From contig CAVPXI010000008.1 in NCBI GenBank assembly GCA_963709585.1, forward strand, positions 20,258-84,257: a stretch of 64,000 bases of DNA, read 5' to 3'. Shown here one piece after another: positions 28,268-37,506 of this stretch. The first letter of the stretch is position 1; each line of letters begins with the position of its first letter. Origin of the DNA: Candidatus Dormiibacterota bacterium. Its GTDB lineage: Bacteria > Chloroflexota > Dormibacteria > Aeolococcales > Aeolococcaceae. The notes beneath the pieces were generated by a model. It ran no database searches. It saw nothing but the letters and a program-made list of their open reading frames with translations, and was not told where the DNA came from. The translations under genes and the position numbers were made by a program.

Positions 28268-29969
28268 TCATACCCGTTCCTTGTCCAGCGATGCGCGTTG
28301 ACCGCTGCCGTAGCGGCGGAGCGCGCCTGCCGGGCCGATTGCGTTGGGGCGGCTGAACACCCAATTCTGCCAGGCGGTGAGACGGCCGAAGATCTTGGTT
28401 TCCATCGTCTCGGGACCGACGAATCGCACGTTCGCCTCCATGGCGGTGAGCGCGTCGGGGCTGAACGCTGCGCGCTGCTCGAGCGCGATGCGCAGCTCGT
28501 CCTCCCAGTCGATGGCATCGGGGGCGAAGGTCACCAGCCCGAGCTCCGATGCCGCAGCGGCGTCAAGGGAGACCCACGTTGCCGCACGAGCCGCCTCGAG
28601 ATCGGACGCGCGCCCGAAGAATCGCGCCTCGAGGCGTGAGAGGTCATTGCCCATCGGGTATAGGCCGGTGTTCGCATCGGTGATCACGATCACCGATGGA
28701 TGCTGACCCTCCTCCATCGTGCCGTCGAGCATGAACTGCTGGTCGCACGCGAGCGCGAGTTCGAGCAGGAGTTCCGCCAAAACATCCGCCCGGTTCGATC
28801 GACGCCACCAGGCTGCGGCTGGTCACGTCCACACGTTTGAACACGCGCTTGAGCAGAAGCACCACCTCGTTGACGAACCAGTCCGACGCACGGTGCTCGA
28901 GCAGGAACCGGTCGTGTGCGAGGACGCGGGACATGTCGCCCACAGTCTTGATGACCCAGGTTCCCAGGGTGAGCTCGTTGGTCCGGAGGCGAAGGATCAG
29001 GTCGTCGAGCTCACGGGCAACGGCGAGCGGCCAGTACCTGCTTCCCAGGTCGCGTGCTGCTTCGGCATTCTCCGGAGCGGGCTGCTCGGGCCCGATGACG
29101 GTGATGGTGACCACGCCCGTGGTCCGGTCGAGCGTGGCGGTGACGTGTTCGTAGGCGATCCCATCACTGTCCGACGATGTGGTGAGCGGTTCGAGTGCAA
29201 CACCATGGGATCGCTTCGCGCGCGAGGAACCCGCTGCGATCGCCTCGGCGCGGGCGCGCACCAGGTCGTCGAACTGCCCACGTGGAATCGCCGAGTCGAC
29301 CAGCCCCCATTTCACCGCCGCCGGTGCCTTGACGCCCTCGCTCTTGGTGACGAAGACGTCGGTGAGATCCCGGCGCACATGCCGTTTGTCGCCGAGACGG
29401 GTCAGCCCCCCGGTCGCCGGGAGCACCGCGAGGAGCGGCAGTTCGGGGAGCGACACCGCCGACGATCCGTCGTCGATGAGCAGGATCTCATCGCAAGCGA
29501 GCGCCAGCTCGTACCCTCCTCCGGCGGCGGCACCGTTGACGGCCGCGATGTATCTCTGTCCGGAGTTGGCGCTCGCGTCCTCCATCTCCAGCCGCGTCTC
29601 GTTCGTGAACTTGCAGAAATTGACCTTCCACGGATGCGTGGCCTGCGCGAGCATCCCGATGTTGGCGCCGGCCGAGAAGCACCGGTTCTTTGCCGAGGTG
29701 ACGACCACGCACCCGACCTCCGGGTGCTCGAAGCGCAGACGCTGGACCGCGTCGTGCAGCTCGATGTCCACGCCCAGGTCATACGAGTTCAGCTTCATGA
29801 CGTAGCCCGGACGCAGCCCTCGCTGCTCGTCGACGTCCATCGTGAGCGTGGCGACAGCGCCATCAATGCTGAGACGCCAGTGCACGTAGTGCTCCGGGTC
29901 CGTGGCGAACGACACCGCCGGGACGCGGTCATCGGTCGTGGCGACCTTCTCGGCGGCTTCGAGCATCAT
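28268..29969 (-). CDS. boxC: 2,3-epoxybenzoyl-CoA dihydrolase (two crotonase-like domains); frame disruption as sequenced near 28771-28790
   Basis: The N-terminal 441-aa ORF (…AAVNGAAAGGGYELALACDEILL…) and the C-terminal 170-aa ORF (AELLLELALACDQQFML…) join into one BoxC-length protein if the frame is corrected at ...EPGGCFGG|AELLLE... Confidence 0.8.
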
Positions 29970-30077
29970 CGACTTATACCTCCGGGGAGCGTGCGAAGTC
30001 CCTCCATTATGGACGCCGACTCCGGACCGCCTTCCCGGAGCCCGACGCCTTTGCGTCGCTTGATCCCGGGTTCTATG

Positions 30078-30094
30078 TCTGACTAAGAGTCAGA
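30078..30094. promoter_or_regulatory. perfect 7-3-7 palindrome TCTGACT-AAG-AGTCAGA abutting the MarR-GNAT start codon (candidate operator)
   Basis: Seen directly at 30078-30094, 3 nt before the ATG at 30097, in the divergent boxC / MarR-GNAT intergenic region. Confidence 0.4.
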
Positions 30095-30096
30095 GA

Positions 30097-30996
30097 ATGG
30101 ATCAGGCGATGATCGCGCAGGTCCGCCGCTTCAACCGAGTGGTGACCCAGCACGTCGGCGCCCTCAACGAGCGATATCTCGCCCGCGACCACTCGCTCGG
30201 CGAGGCGAGGGTGCTGTGGGAGATCGGCGCTGAGGGCTGTGACGTTCGCACTCTTCGCACCCGGCTCGGCCTCGACTTCGGGTACCTGAGCCGGCTGCTC
30301 GGATCGTTGGTCGCGGCCGGGCTCATCGTCTTGGGACGGAGCGGATCGGACCGGCGGATTCGCACAGCTCGATTGACTCCCGCCGGGGTGACCGAGCGTT
30401 CGGTGCTCGACGAGCGCAGCGACGAGCTCGCCGAGTTGATGCTCGCCCCACTGAGCGCTGCGCAGCGTGATCGCCTGACTGCAGCCATGGGGGAGGTCGA
30501 GCGGGTCATCACCAGCGCGAGGGTCGCCATCGCTCCCACCGACCCCTCGGATCCGCAAGCTCGCGAGTGTCTGGGCGCGTATTTCTCGGAGCTTGACCGC
30601 CGGTTCGAGGTGGGCTTCGACCCGTCACAGAGCATCAGCGCGGACGACGACGAGCTTCGACCACCGGCCGGACTGCTCGTGCTCGTCCGGCTGCGTGAAC
30701 GCCCGGTCGGCTGCGGTGCGCTCAAATTCCACGCGGACAATCCGGCGGAGCTCAAGCGCATGTGGGTCGCAGAATCCGCACGCGGCCTCGGCATTGGTCG
30801 CCGCCTGCTGTGCGAGCTTGAACGGCTCGCGGCAACGCACGGTGCGCGGACCGTGCGACTCGAGACGAATGGGACGCTCACCGAAGCGCTCGCCCTGTAT
30901 CGGTCGGCGGGGTACATCGAGGTTCCCGCCTTCAACGACGAACCGTACGCGCACCATTGGTTCGAGAAGCCGCTGATCGGTGGGGCTGCGACCTAG
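30097..30996 (+). CDS. bifunctional MarR-family HTH regulator / GNAT N-acetyltransferase
   Basis: N-terminal MarR winged helix (LGEARVLWEIGAEGCDVRTLRTRLGLDFGYLSRLLGSLVAAGLI). C-terminal GNAT motif A (KRMWVAESARGLGIGRRLL). Confidence 0.85.
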   Translation: MDQAMIAQVRRFNRVVTQHVGALNERYLARDHSLGEARVLWEIGAEGCDVRTLRTRLGLDFGYLSRLLGSLVAAGLIVLGRSGSDRRIRTARLTPAGVTERSVLDERSDELAELMLAPLSAAQRDRLTAAMGEVERVITSARVAIAPTDPSDPQARECLGAYFSELDRRFEVGFDPSQSISADDDELRPPAGLLVLVRLRERPVGCGALKFHADNPAELKRMWVAESARGLGIGRRLLCELERLAATHGARTVRLETNGTLTEALALYRSAGYIEVPAFNDEPYAHHWFEKPLIGGAAT

Positions 30997-31019
30997 CGGC
31001 AGCAGCGCTCAGCGCCCGG

Positions 31020-31523
31020 TCAAGCGCGCGGCGCAGCTGCCTCGCGTGCGTCGAGATCGAGGTGCAGGATGCGGTTGGTCTCCCCGAATCCGAAGCGCTC
31101 GTAGAGCGGATATGCGCGCTCACTTGGATGCACGATCAAATACCCGAGCCCACGCGCGTGGGCTTCCGCGATCACAGCTTCGACGAGCGCCCCGCCGATG
31201 CCGCGGTTACGGTGCTCCTCGAGAACGAAGACGCTCTGAACATTGCCCGCCCGGCGGTCCAATCGCCGCGGCTGCGGGATGCGGTCGAAGATCGCCAGCC
31301 ATGCCATACCAGCGGGGTGCCCGGCCCGCTCCGCGATGAATTCCGTGTGGCCCGACTGATGGCCGGACCACCAGTCTGTGAACGCCGTCTCGAACGCCGG
31401 CTCCGACAGCCCATATTCATCGCGCTCGGTTATGCGCCACAGCCAGCGCAGCCGCGCCAGGTCCGCCGCATCCTCGATGCCGGCGCGACGGATTCTCGCG
31501 ATGGAGTCGCGTGCGTTCGGCAC
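31020..31523 (-). CDS. GNAT-family N-acetyltransferase
   Basis: VFVLEEHRNRGIGGALVEAVIAEAHARG (motif A) and YPLYERFGF. Start set at in-frame GTG 31523; the longer track ORF overlaps the DinB gene. Confidence 0.75.
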   Translation of the reverse strand: MPNARDSIARIRRAGIEDAADLARLRWLWRITERDEYGLSEPAFETAFTDWWSGHQSGHTEFIAERAGHPAGMAWLAIFDRIPQPRRLDRRAGNVQSVFVLEEHRNRGIGGALVEAVIAEAHARGLGYLIVHPSERAYPLYERFGFGETNRILHLDLDAREAAAPRA

Positions 31524-31596
31524 AGAGCGACTATCGCACCGGGAGGCGACGCTGCGCGGACGCCGATGCCTGGTCCAGCCAAGTAACGTTCGCCGG

Positions 31597-32076
31597 ATGC
31601 CGGCCGACCTGGATCTGCTCTTCCCGGTGGGGAACCCCGACGAACGCGAGTTGCTGCTGAGCTGGCTGGGGTGGCTGCGCGGTGCTGTGCTGCGAAAGAT
31701 CGACGGCCTGAACGAGGTTGACGCTCGGTGGAGCCCAGACGGAGCGCTCATCTCGCTCCTCGGGATCGTCAACCATCTCACCCACGTCGAATGGCGGTGG
31801 ATCGACGGCGCAATGCGTGGCATGGACACGTCCCGCCTCGAGGCGGAGTTCCGGCCAGGACCAGAGATCACCGTGGAGTCCACGGTTGCGGCGTACCGAG
31901 CACGCGCAGAGGCGACCGACGTATACGTGCGCTCGACGTCGCTCACGCAGCCGGCCAGAACCGGCGACGGAACGGATCTGCGCTGGGTCGTGCTGCATCT
32001 CATCAACGAGACGGCTCGCCACGCGGGCCACGCCGACGCGACGCGCGAACTGCTGGACGGACTGACCGGCGAATAA
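31597..32076 (+). CDS. DinB/DUF664-family protein
   Basis: Internal ATG at 31597: ERELLLSWLGWLRGAVLRKIDGL ... IVNHLTHVEWRW ... LINETARHAGHADATRELLDG, typical of actinobacterial DUF664 four-helix-bundle proteins. Confidence 0.75.
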   Translation: MPADLDLLFPVGNPDERELLLSWLGWLRGAVLRKIDGLNEVDARWSPDGALISLLGIVNHLTHVEWRWIDGAMRGMDTSRLEAEFRPGPEITVESTVAAYRARAEATDVYVRSTSLTQPARTGDGTDLRWVVLHLINETARHAGHADATRELLDGLTGE

Positions 32077-32080
32077 CCTG

Positions 32081-32920
32081 TCAGCGGGCGCGCGGCGGAC
32101 CGTCGCCGACGACGCTCATGACCCGGTCGGGCGGTTCGCCGGGTGGAAAGCCCTCGAGGATCCAGGTCACGCCGGATTCCTCGAGCTCGGAGACGATATC
32201 CGGTACGCGCGCCGGGTCTTCGAGCGACAACGCACAGCGCACCGCGATGTCGATGGTGGGTCGCGCGCCGAGGTCCATGAGCGCGCCACGAAGCTCGCGG
32301 ATATCTGCGGGGTCAGGCGGAGGGATCGCGCCGTCTGTCCGAAAGATCGGGAAGCAACCTTGCAGACTCGCGATCCGTGCCAGCGGCTTGCGATTCGGCC
32401 ACCGGCACGCTCCCCAGATGGGCAGCGGACTCTGGCGCGGCCTCGGGAGGAGCGGCGGCGAATGCACAACATAGTGCCGACCTGTGTAGCTCACCGGTTC
32501 GCCGGAGAGAAAGCGCTGCAGTAACCCGAGCGCCTCGTCGAGCATCTGTCCACGAACGATGGGATCGACTGCGTCGCCGAACGCACTGAACTCGGACCAC
32601 CCGTCATCGCCCAGCCCGATCCCGCCGATGAGACGGCCGTCGGACAGGCGATCCAGGGTCGCCATCTGCCGGCTGAGTACCCACGGCCGCCGTCTCGGCA
32701 GCGGCGTCACGAGTGCCCCGAGCCGGATCCCGTTTGTGGCCGCCGCGACGCCCGCCATCGTCACCCAGGGATCGGCGATGGCCATGCCGGTCTCGGCGAG
32801 CATGTGGTCCCACAGGAAGAACCCATCCCAGCCGGCTTCCTCGGCTACGACGGCAAGCACCACCACAAGGTCTGGCTCGGCATATTCGGCGAAGGGTGGC
32901 AGGAAGACTCCGAAGCGCAC
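32081..32920 (-). CDS. LLM-class (luciferase-like) flavin/F420-dependent oxidoreductase
   Basis: MRFGVFLPPF...AEEAGWDGFFLWDHM ... LSDGRLIGGIGLG, a typical LLM-family signature. Confidence 0.8.
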   Translation of the reverse strand: MRFGVFLPPFAEYAEPDLVVVLAVVAEEAGWDGFFLWDHMLAETGMAIADPWVTMAGVAAATNGIRLGALVTPLPRRRPWVLSRQMATLDRLSDGRLIGGIGLGDDGWSEFSAFGDAVDPIVRGQMLDEALGLLQRFLSGEPVSYTGRHYVVHSPPLLPRPRQSPLPIWGACRWPNRKPLARIASLQGCFPIFRTDGAIPPPDPADIRELRGALMDLGARPTIDIAVRCALSLEDPARVPDIVSELEESGVTWILEGFPPGEPPDRVMSVVGDGPPRAR

Positions 32921-32995
32921 CGCGCGATTATGGGAGCCGGCGGCAGGCGGACCGGAGCTCAGTCCATGAAGTTCGCTGCGGCGGCGCCGCGGGCG

Positions 32996-33175
32996 TCAGA
33001 TGACGATCGCGATCTTGACGCCGAGCAGGATGAACGGCCAGAGGATCACGGCCAGGATGGCCGACAGGATCGCGCCGATGGTGCCGACGTGGTCGAAGAA
33101 ATGGTGGGTCGCCGCCACGACGATTCCGATCACGATCCAGATCAGTGGTAGGAGGGAGACACTCGACCGTCTCAC
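32996..33175 (-). CDS. small (59-aa) two-TM membrane protein, below the ORF-track length cutoff
   Basis: My translation: VRRSSVSLLPLIWIVIGIVVAATHHFFDHVGTIGAILSAILAVILWPFILLGVKIAIVI*. GTG start preceded by GAGGTG about 6 nt upstream. Confidence 0.4.
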   Translation of the reverse strand: MRRSSVSLLPLIWIVIGIVVAATHHFFDHVGTIGAILSAILAVILWPFILLGVKIAIVI

Positions 33176-33329
33176 GCTTGCACCTCAGTCATGCGTCGCG
33201 TCGAGACGCGACGGCGATGGTCAGCGATCGTCCGCTTTGATAGCACGAGTATCACACAATGCACCAGCATATGTGGGTTGCTGGTGTCTCGCGGTCAGGA
33301 CTTTTCAGCGCCGCCGATGCCGGGCGGGC

Positions 33330-34208
33330 CTACCAGTGCTCCAGGAGCCAGTCGTACACCTCGCCGAGATGCAGTGCCGTCAGGGTCAGGTGCCCGTCAT
33401 CCTCGGTGAGCCGAGCCTCGACTCCAGGGACGTGCTCGGCAAGCCAGACGCCGTGACCGAATGGGACGAATCGATCCTGCTGCCCATGCAAGAGCAGCAC
33501 CGGAATGTCGATGTCACTGAACGCGAAGCCCCAGGGCTCGAATTCCGCGGCGCCGTCCTCCCACCAGCCCTCGCCACCGGGTCCAAGCCCAGCAGCCGCG
33601 CTGTCCACGAAATACTGGGCCAGCTGGGGCGTGAAGACAGCGGCGTCGGCATCGGAGACCAGGGTCCTGATGATGCCCCCGACCTGCTCGGCGGTGGCGC
33701 CGAGCATCGCCACGCGGTCATTCTCGAGCTTGATCCTCGCCGCCTTCTTGTCCTCGAGGTGGAGCCTGGTGTCGTCGGCGTTCATCTCGCCCATCCCGGC
33801 GAAATAGTCCAGGCCGTCGGCCCCCCAGGGCGCGGGCGAGGCGAGGGACGCCGCCGCAGGAACGATATCGGGCAGCAGTGCGGCGCACGCGAGCACATGC
33901 GGCCCACCGCCGGAGATGCCCCAGGTCAGCACCCGGTCGATACCGAGCGCCGCGCAGATGGTGCGGACGTCAGCGGCACAGTCGCCGACGGTACGTCCCG
34001 GCTGGGCTGTCGAACCACCATAACCGGGACGGTCGTAGGTGATCATGCGTACACCGTGCTCGGCAGCCGCGTCCACGTCAGGGCCGTACTGCAGCCTCGA
34101 ATTCGGGGTGCCGTAGTGCACGAGGACGGGAACACCGTCAGCGTCGCCGCCTTCGGAGACGGCCAGCTTCCGTCCGTCCGGCGCATCGATCACATGCTCC
34201 ATTGACAT
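33330..34208 (-). CDS. alpha/beta hydrolase
   Basis: Internal ATG at 34208: VLVHYGTP..., nucleophile elbow GISGGG, LLLHGQQDRFVP, C-terminal His. Confidence 0.8.
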   Translation of the reverse strand: MSMEHVIDAPDGRKLAVSEGGDADGVPVLVHYGTPNSRLQYGPDVDAAAEHGVRMITYDRPGYGGSTAQPGRTVGDCAADVRTICAALGIDRVLTWGISGGGPHVLACAALLPDIVPAAASLASPAPWGADGLDYFAGMGEMNADDTRLHLEDKKAARIKLENDRVAMLGATAEQVGGIIRTLVSDADAAVFTPQLAQYFVDSAAAGLGPGGEGWWEDGAAEFEPWGFAFSDIDIPVLLLHGQQDRFVPFGHGVWLAEHVPGVEARLTEDDGHLTLTALHLGEVYDWLLEHW

Positions 34209-34299
34209 CCACCTCGTTGCACTGGAAAGAGCCGCAGCGTACCCGGCGCGTGATCGCGCTCGCTCGCATCTGTCCGCGGAATGGCGCAACTCAGCGTCG

Positions 34300-35028
34300 A
34301 TGTATGCTCCGGCGATGCTGAACTCCCGTGAGGAACACATCCGTGGCGAGGACGGCCACGAATTCACTGGCTATCTCTCCCTCCCGGCGACCGGAACGGG
34401 TGCCGGCATGGTGGTGGTGCAGGAGATCTTCGGAGTCACCGATTACATCAAGGACGTCTGCGCGCGTCTCAGTGACCTCGGGTACGTTGCCCTCGCGCCC
34501 GACCTGTACTCGAGGATCGACGGTGAATCGGTCATCGACGAGCGCTCGGACAACTCGCTGCCGCGCGCGTTCGCTTCGATGCAGAAGCTGGACATGGCGC
34601 AGGCCGCGCGCGACTCGGCCACGGCTCTCGAACATCTGCGCACGGTGCCTGAGGTGAGGGAACGACGCGCCGGCATCATCGGGTTCTGTCTCGGCGGCGG
34701 CATGGCGTATCTCGTCGCTGCGGCGTCAGACCCCGACGTGGCCGTCTGCTACTACGGCTCCGCGATTCCCGGCAATCTCGACAAGGCGCCCGACGTCCAT
34801 TGCCCGGTGCTCTTCCAGTTCGGTGATGCCGATGAGTACATCACCGCCGAGCAGCGTTCGGCAGTGGAGAAGGCATTCGAGGGACGGCCGCACACCGAGT
34901 TCCATCTCCATCAAGGGCCTAACCACGCGTTTGACAATCACCATGCGGCGATGTTCCATCACGCGGAAGCGGCAGCAGCAGCCTGGAAGCAGACCGCCGC
35001 TTTCCTGGCACGCGAGTTTCCGGCGTAG
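34300..35028 (+). CDS. dienelactone hydrolase-family protein
   Basis: GMVVVQEIFGVTDYIKDVCARLSDLGYVALAPDLY, GFCLGG nucleophile, and the HAFDN region. Confidence 0.85.
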   Translation: MYAPAMLNSREEHIRGEDGHEFTGYLSLPATGTGAGMVVVQEIFGVTDYIKDVCARLSDLGYVALAPDLYSRIDGESVIDERSDNSLPRAFASMQKLDMAQAARDSATALEHLRTVPEVRERRAGIIGFCLGGGMAYLVAAASDPDVAVCYYGSAIPGNLDKAPDVHCPVLFQFGDADEYITAEQRSAVEKAFEGRPHTEFHLHQGPNHAFDNHHAAMFHHAEAAAAAWKQTAAFLAREFPA

Positions 35029-35040
35029 CCGGCAAGAACC

Positions 35041-36027
35041 TCAGACCACCTCGATCACGTGTCGACCGCGAGGTACCAGCTCGCCGATGATCGGTGATCC
35101 CGCAACCTCGCAGGCGACGAGCAGGCCACCGCTCGTCTGCGCGTCGGCGAGCAGGAGGCGCTCGCGTTCATCGCCGGCCGCGCGACCGCCCCACTTGACA
35201 TGCGGCGCGACCCACTCGAGGTTGCGGCGGGTGCCACCGCTCACGTACCCGGCGTCGAGCGCATCGCGTGCGCCCTCGAGGTAGGGCACGGCGTCGGCGT
35301 TGATCACGGCGGTGAGGTTGCTCGCCCGCGCCAGCTTGAACAGGTGACCGAGAAGACCGAACCCGGTGACGTCGGTAGCGCAGCGCGCGCCCGCCGCGAG
35401 CGCCGCCTCGGAGGCACCGCGATTGAGCTCGACCATGGTCTCGACCGCTTGTGGAAAAACCTCCCCGGTCTGCTTGTGCCGGCTGTTGAGCACCCCGATA
35501 CCGAGCGGTTTGCTGAGCGAGAGCGGTTGCCCGGCGACCCCGGCGTCGGTACGGAGCAGCCGGTCCGAAGGCGCTACTCCGGTGACCGCCATACCATATT
35601 TCGGCTCGGGGTCGTCGACGCTGTGACCACCAGCCACGGGGCATCCGGCCTCGGTTGCGACCGCGAGGCCGCCGCGCAGGACGTCGGCAGCGAGGGTCAT
35701 GGGCAGGAGGTCGCGCGGCCAGCACACCAGGTTCACGGCGAGGATGGGCCTCCCACCCATCGCATAGATATCTGAGAACGCGTTGGCGGCGGCGATGCGA
35801 CCCCAGTCGTAGGCATCGTCGACGACCGGGGTGAAGAAGTCCACGGTGCTGAGCACGGCGATTCCATTGCCGTCCAGGCGGACCGCGGCCGCGTCATCGC
35901 CGTGCTCGAGGCCGACGAGCAGCGTCTCGCTGGGCACGCCGATCAGCCCCGCGACCATCTCCTCCAACTCCCCTGGCGGGATCTTGCAGGCACAGCCGCC
36001 GCCGTGCGCGTATGCGGTCAGACGCAT
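35041..36027 (-). CDS. selD: selenide, water dikinase (selenophosphate synthetase), Cys-type
   Basis: N-terminal MRLTAYAHGGGCACKIPPGEL (Cys in place of Sec) and an AIR-synthase-like fold (DDAAV..., GGHSVDD). Divergent from tRNA-Sec. Confidence 0.9.
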   Translation of the reverse strand: MRLTAYAHGGGCACKIPPGELEEMVAGLIGVPSETLLVGLEHGDDAAAVRLDGNGIAVLSTVDFFTPVVDDAYDWGRIAAANAFSDIYAMGGRPILAVNLVCWPRDLLPMTLAADVLRGGLAVATEAGCPVAGGHSVDDPEPKYGMAVTGVAPSDRLLRTDAGVAGQPLSLSKPLGIGVLNSRHKQTGEVFPQAVETMVELNRGASEAALAAGARCATDVTGFGLLGHLFKLARASNLTAVINADAVPYLEGARDALDAGYVSGGTRRNLEWVAPHVKWGGRAAGDERERLLLADAQTSGGLLVACEVAGSPIIGELVPRGRHVIEVV

Positions 36028-36082
36028 GCCACGATGTTCGCAGGTTGACGGCCGAGCCCCACTGTCGCCTACGCTTGTTGAC

Positions 36083-36175
36083 GGAGGCGTCTGGGCACCT
36101 GGTGGGCTTCCTGATCTTCAAAATCAGTGTGACCGAGTATCCCGGTCAAGCGGGTTCGATTCCCGTCCGCCTCCG
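36083..36175 (+). tRNA. selC: tRNA-Sec (anticodon UCA)
   Basis: Acceptor GGAGGCG/CGCCUCC; anticodon arm CUGAU-CUUCAAA-AUCAG (UCA); long variable arm GACCG-AGUAUCC-CGGUC; T arm GCGGG-UUCGAUU-CCCGU; discriminator G. CCA is not encoded. Lies between selD and selA. Confidence 0.85.
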
Positions 36176-36183
36176 CCGATTCG

Positions 36184-37506
36184 GTGGTCTGCAGCCGGCC
36201 GTTGCACGTGAGGTCATCGCGCTTGGACACGGATCCGCGCCGGGCGATCCCGCAGACGGACTCGGTGCTCGCCAACTCGCGTCTCGCCGAGCCGCAACGC
36301 CGCCTCGGTCGCACCCGCGTGCGTGACACCGTGCGCATGTCCCAGGAACGCGTGCGCGATGGACTGGTGCCGCCCGAGCGGCTGATCGACGATGTCCTCC
36401 GCGGCCTGCCGGCTCGGGCAACGAGCCTGCAGCCGGTCATCAACGCCACCGGGACCGTGCTGCATACGAACCTGGGGCGGGCTCCCCTCTCCGATGCCGC
36501 GCGCGACGCACTCCTCGCCGCCGCTGGGTACGTGGATGTCGAATACGACCTCGTCGACGGGAAGCGCGCGCCGCGTGGACGCGGCACCCTGACCACACTC
36601 CGCGCGGCGCTGCCGGACGCGGGCGATGTCATGGTGGTGAACAACGGAGCCGCGGCGCTGCTGCTCGCGGTGACCGTGCTTGCGGCCGGCCGCGAGGTCG
36701 TCTGGAGTCGTGGTGAGCTCGTCGAGATCGGTGACGGGTTTCGACTCCCCGACCTCGTCGCATGTACCGGCGCGACGCTGCGCGAGGTGGGGACGACCAA
36801 CCGCACCACCCGCGCCGACTACGTGGCCGCGCTCGGGGACCGCACCGGGTGTGTGCTCAAGGTGCACACGTCCAATTTCCGGATGACCGGGTTCACCTCG
36901 TCGGTAGCGATCGGCGAGCTCACCGGACTTGGCCCTCCTCTGGTGGTGGACGTCGGGTCGGGTCTGCTCGCGCCCGACCGTCTGCTGCCTGACGAGCCAG
37001 ACGTCGGCGGCGCCCTGCGCGCAGGCGCGGACGTCGTGACCGCGAGCGGCGACAAGCTGCTCGGCGGGCCGCAGGCGGGGCTCATCGCCGGCAGAGCTGA
37101 CCTCATCGCCGGGTTCCGGCGGCATCCGCTCGCCCGCGCGCTTCGGGTCGACAAGCTGACCCTGGCGGCGCTCGAGGCGACGCTGAGCGGCCCTCGGCCA
37201 CCGACCGTGATGGCGCTGCATGCCGATCCGAACCTGTTGCGCTCGCGCGCCGAGGCGATCGTCGCCCGGCTGGGCGGCGACGCCGGTGTCGTTCCGAGTG
37301 CGGGGACGGTCGGCGGGGGCAGCGGACCCGGTATCTCGTTGCCCGGCTGGGCCGTGAGCCTTCCTGAGCGTTATGCCCCGCGACTGCGCGCCGGTGACCC
37401 CGTGGTGGTAGCCCGGCTCGAGGGCGGCCGATGCCTTCTCGATCTTCGCTGCATACCACCGGCGTCCGACGACGCCCTGGTTGAGGCGGTGCTCGCGTGC
37501 AGGTGA
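36184..37506 (+). CDS. selA: L-seryl-tRNA(Sec) selenium transferase
   Basis: IPQTDSVLA N-terminal motif, INATGTVLHTNLGRAPL, and the PLP-lysine region ASGDKLLGGPQAG. The start (36184 or a nearby GTG/TTG) is uncertain. Confidence 0.9.
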   Translation: MVCSRPLHVRSSRLDTDPRRAIPQTDSVLANSRLAEPQRRLGRTRVRDTVRMSQERVRDGLVPPERLIDDVLRGLPARATSLQPVINATGTVLHTNLGRAPLSDAARDALLAAAGYVDVEYDLVDGKRAPRGRGTLTTLRAALPDAGDVMVVNNGAAALLLAVTVLAAGREVVWSRGELVEIGDGFRLPDLVACTGATLREVGTTNRTTRADYVAALGDRTGCVLKVHTSNFRMTGFTSSVAIGELTGLGPPLVVDVGSGLLAPDRLLPDEPDVGGALRAGADVVTASGDKLLGGPQAGLIAGRADLIAGFRRHPLARALRVDKLTLAALEATLSGPRPPTVMALHADPNLLRSRAEAIVARLGGDAGVVPSAGTVGGGSGPGISLPGWAVSLPERYAPRLRAGDPVVVARLEGGRCLLDLRCIPPASDDALVEAVLACR

